Source of the DNA: Eledone cirrhosa
Lineage: Eukaryota
NCBI GenBank assembly: GCA_964016885.1
Contig: OZ024747.1
Location: forward strand, 44,764,001-44,828,000
Direction: 5' to 3'
Length of the DNA stretch: 64,000 nucleotides
The translations under genes and the position numbers were made by a program. Shown here piece after piece: positions 61,820 to 64,000 of this stretch; position 1 is the stretch's first letter, and each line of letters starts with the position of its first letter. Under the pieces are notes generated by a model, which was not told the origin of the DNA, did not search any database, and worked only from the letters and a program-made list of their open reading frames with translations.

Positions 61820-64000
61820 TTTTCTTTATTAACCACAAGGGTTTACATAAAGTAGACATTAAGGACAGTACAGGACAATACAGGACGGTACAAATGGGCA
61901 TTTCTGCGTGTAAAAAAAACAGAGGTTGAAATAAAATAACAAAGAAAAAAAAAAACAAAAAAAAAAAAACAAAGAAAAATTCCCCAATAGGGGGAGACTT
62001 CCGAGGGACATTTGTGGAGAAAGCCCATTAAAAAACCACAGTGGCCCTGACCACCAGGGCAAGTGCCCTCTCCCAGTTTTCCACCTTTAATTTACAGACA
62101 CATACTCAGAGAAGGCCCATTCATTCGGGCCATACTTGCTTCTCTCACCCATCTTTCAACAAAATGCTGGGAAGAGAGCACTTCCCTCTCTACCCTGATT
62201 TTCCTTTTCAAATGAAATTTGAAAAAGTTAATCAGGGCATCACCGAAGAGGTAAGTGCTCGTCTTCAGCCCTTTCAAACGTGTCCACCATACTATCTCTT
62301 TCGCCATGGCCACCAGACAGATAAAAACTGCCTGCCCTTCCAGGCTAAAGGAAGGGGGCGGGGCAATCCTCACGATGGACTCAGCTGATAGCTGGATCCG
62401 TCCTACACGTGACAGCAGGTGTTCGACATAAACCCACAAGTCAGCAATGCTCGGACACTGGACGAGTGCGTGCAGGACGGTTTCGTCGCCCTGCGCGCAT
62501 CTCGGACATGCCCGGCTGACGGCACTTCCATGCCTGTAGAGTTTATCCCGAACTGGCAAAGCTCCTCGGTAGCACTGCCAGGCCAGGGATTTCTGGAAGT
62601 TGTCCATAGGCCCCGGCCCGAAAGTCCTTCCGAAGAGATTGGCTAGTTGATTTTCGTCGACGCCTAGAGTTTCTCCAAGTACGTCGTCGCTCTTCCCCTC
62701 CACTAATCCCCTATAGAACGCCAAGGTGGAGTTTCCACCGATCACATTGCCCGATTGGTCGAGGGCTGTGAGCGCCTGAAGACATTCCAGTCTCCAAGCG
62801 CTCCCTCTCGGTTTTCGCTTGACCCAGGACTGCAGCTCCGTCAAGGAGACGAGCTGGGGAAAAACGTGTCTTGCAAACGGCGACCACACCTGATCACCGT
62901 CGAGGAAGAGGTGGAGATGTCGTAGCCTGAGCGCGTGTCTGCGCATCATCAGCCACGGCATGCCCAGCCCTCCACGTAGCGGGTGTTGACAGCAGATGGA
63001 CCGCCTGACCATCGGAGCGCGTCCCTTCCACAAGAAGCGAAAGAGCAAACGCTCCAGCGCAGTCAGGCGGGGCTTAGGACAAGGTACGACGGTCAGGCGG
63101 TAGTAGATGACGGATGCGATGTACGCATTCGCCACCTCCGCTCGACCTTTCAGGGATAGCTTCCTCTCGGCCCATTTCTGGGTGAGAGAAGCCACCCTGC
63201 TCGTCACCTCGTCCCAGTTTTTGTCCGTCTGGAGGTCTGGACCGAACCAGACCCCTAGCAATTTAACCGGTCCGTCCGTCCAGCGCCCGACGGCGCTGTT
63301 GGACGGCATGGACCTGCCTCTCCAGGTGCCGAGCTGCAGGCCCACTGACTTTTCCTGGTTGATCATTGCTCCTGTCACCGCTTCGTATTCCCTTAGTGTA
63401 GTGCCGATCGCCTCGATGTGTTTGGCGTTCGACACCACTACGGTGACATCGTCGGCATATGCTGACACGGATCTTCCGCATCCTAGTTCGCGCGGGACCC
63501 CCCTCAACGTCTCCAGTTTGTGCAGTAATGGCTCGAGAGTCAATACGTACAATAGGGTCGAGAGGGGACATCCTTGGCGGACCGAGCGCATGATGTTGAA
63601 CGGTTCCGAAAGGTGACCGTTCACTCTCACTACAGAGCAGATGTCGCTGTGCATGGCAGCGATCCAGCCTCTGAAGACGGGCCCAAAGCCAGCCGCCCTC
63701 AGGACTGCCGTTAGGTAACGATGGTCGACCCTATCGAAGGCTTTCGACTGATCTAAATTGATCAAAGACCCACCCGTGCCAGGTTCCCTAGCTACCCTCT
63801 CTACGATGTATCGCATGAGGTGGAGGTTGTCGTGGATGGATCTGTCGGGAATGGCGCATGTCTGTGCCTCTCCCACCAGACCACCAACGACAAGCGCCAA
63901 CCTCTTTGCTAGCACCTTGGCCAAAATCTTGAACTCTGTGTTTAGCAGAGTTATGGGCCTAAAATTATCTATGTTATCCCCCTTGTTCGGATCCTTTCTC
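61790..64000 (-). mobile_element. Young Tx1/L1-clade non-LTR retrotransposon, 3' part (continues beyond the window)
   Basis: Uninterrupted ORF2, 3'UTR, AATAAA (minus strand, 61830-61825) and a (TTA)n tract at ~61790-61818. It is GC- and CpG-rich relative to its flanks. Confidence 0.93.
62092..64000 (-). CDS. Tx1/L1-type ORF2: reverse transcriptase + C-terminal CCHC zinc finger (5'-partial)
   Basis: The frame is open to the window edge (RKDPNKGDNIDNFRPITLLNTEFKILAKVLAKRL). Motifs include LDQSKAFDRV, SVRQGCPLS, AYADD, LSLKGR, GGLG and CPRC..ETVLHALVQC. Confidence 0.93.
   Translation of the reverse strand, partial: RKDPNKGDNIDNFRPITLLNTEFKILAKVLAKRLALVVGGLVGEAQTCAIPDRSIHDNLHLMRYIVERVAREPGTGGSLINLDQSKAFDRVDHRYLTAVLRAAGFGPVFRGWIAAMHSDICSVVRVNGHLSEPFNIMRSVRQGCPLSTLLYVLTLEPLLHKLETLRGVPRELGCGRSVSAYADDVTVVVSNAKHIEAIGTTLREYEAVTGAMINQEKSVGLQLGTWRGRSMPSNSAVGRWTDGPVKLLGVWFGPDLQTDKNWDEVTSRVASLTQKWAERKLSLKGRAEVANAYIASVIYYRLTVVPCPKPRLTALERLLFRFLWKGRAPMVRRSICCQHPLRGGLGMPWLMMRRHALRLRHLHLFLDGDQVWSPFARHVFPQLVSLTELQSWVKRKPRGSAWRLECLQALTALDQSGNVIGGNSTLAFYRGLVEGKSDDVLGETLGVDENQLANLFGRTFGPGPMDNFQKSLAWQCYRGALPVRDKLYRHGSAVSRACPRCAQGDETVLHALVQCPSIADLWVYVEHLLSRVGRIQLSAESIVRIAPPPSFSLEGQAVFICLVAMAKEIVWWTRLKGLKTSTYLFGDALINFFKFHLKRKIRVEREVLSSQHFVERWVREASMARMNGPSLSMCL

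Noticed and set aside
62419-63616. Antisense and alternative-frame ORFs inside the Tx1 element
   Set aside because: They are shadow ORFs of a GC-rich coding sequence.

Overview
Repeat-dense eukaryotic (animal) genomic DNA. The SINE families, RTE LINEs and abundant (TA)n/(GAT)n microsatellites suggest an octopus or other cephalopod, which is an inference and not a database result. No convincing host protein-coding gene was found. The window holds a 5'-truncated CR1-type LINE with an 8-bp TSD, a Gypsy 3'LTR plus integrase relic, several RTE LINE copies, many tRNA-derived SINEs and a young Tx1/L1-type LINE running off the right edge. It also holds a hAT MITE, a ~25.6-kb 40-bp satellite that appears to have grown from a hAT transposon terminus, and a 48-bp minisatellite grown inside an RTE 3'UTR. 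The most notable signal is nine type-I hammerhead-ribozyme-like folds, found by eye. Six of them cluster at 56.3-58.2 kb in tandem and fold-back arrangements typical of Penelope-like pseudo-LTRs or retrozymes, with no adjacent RT ORF.
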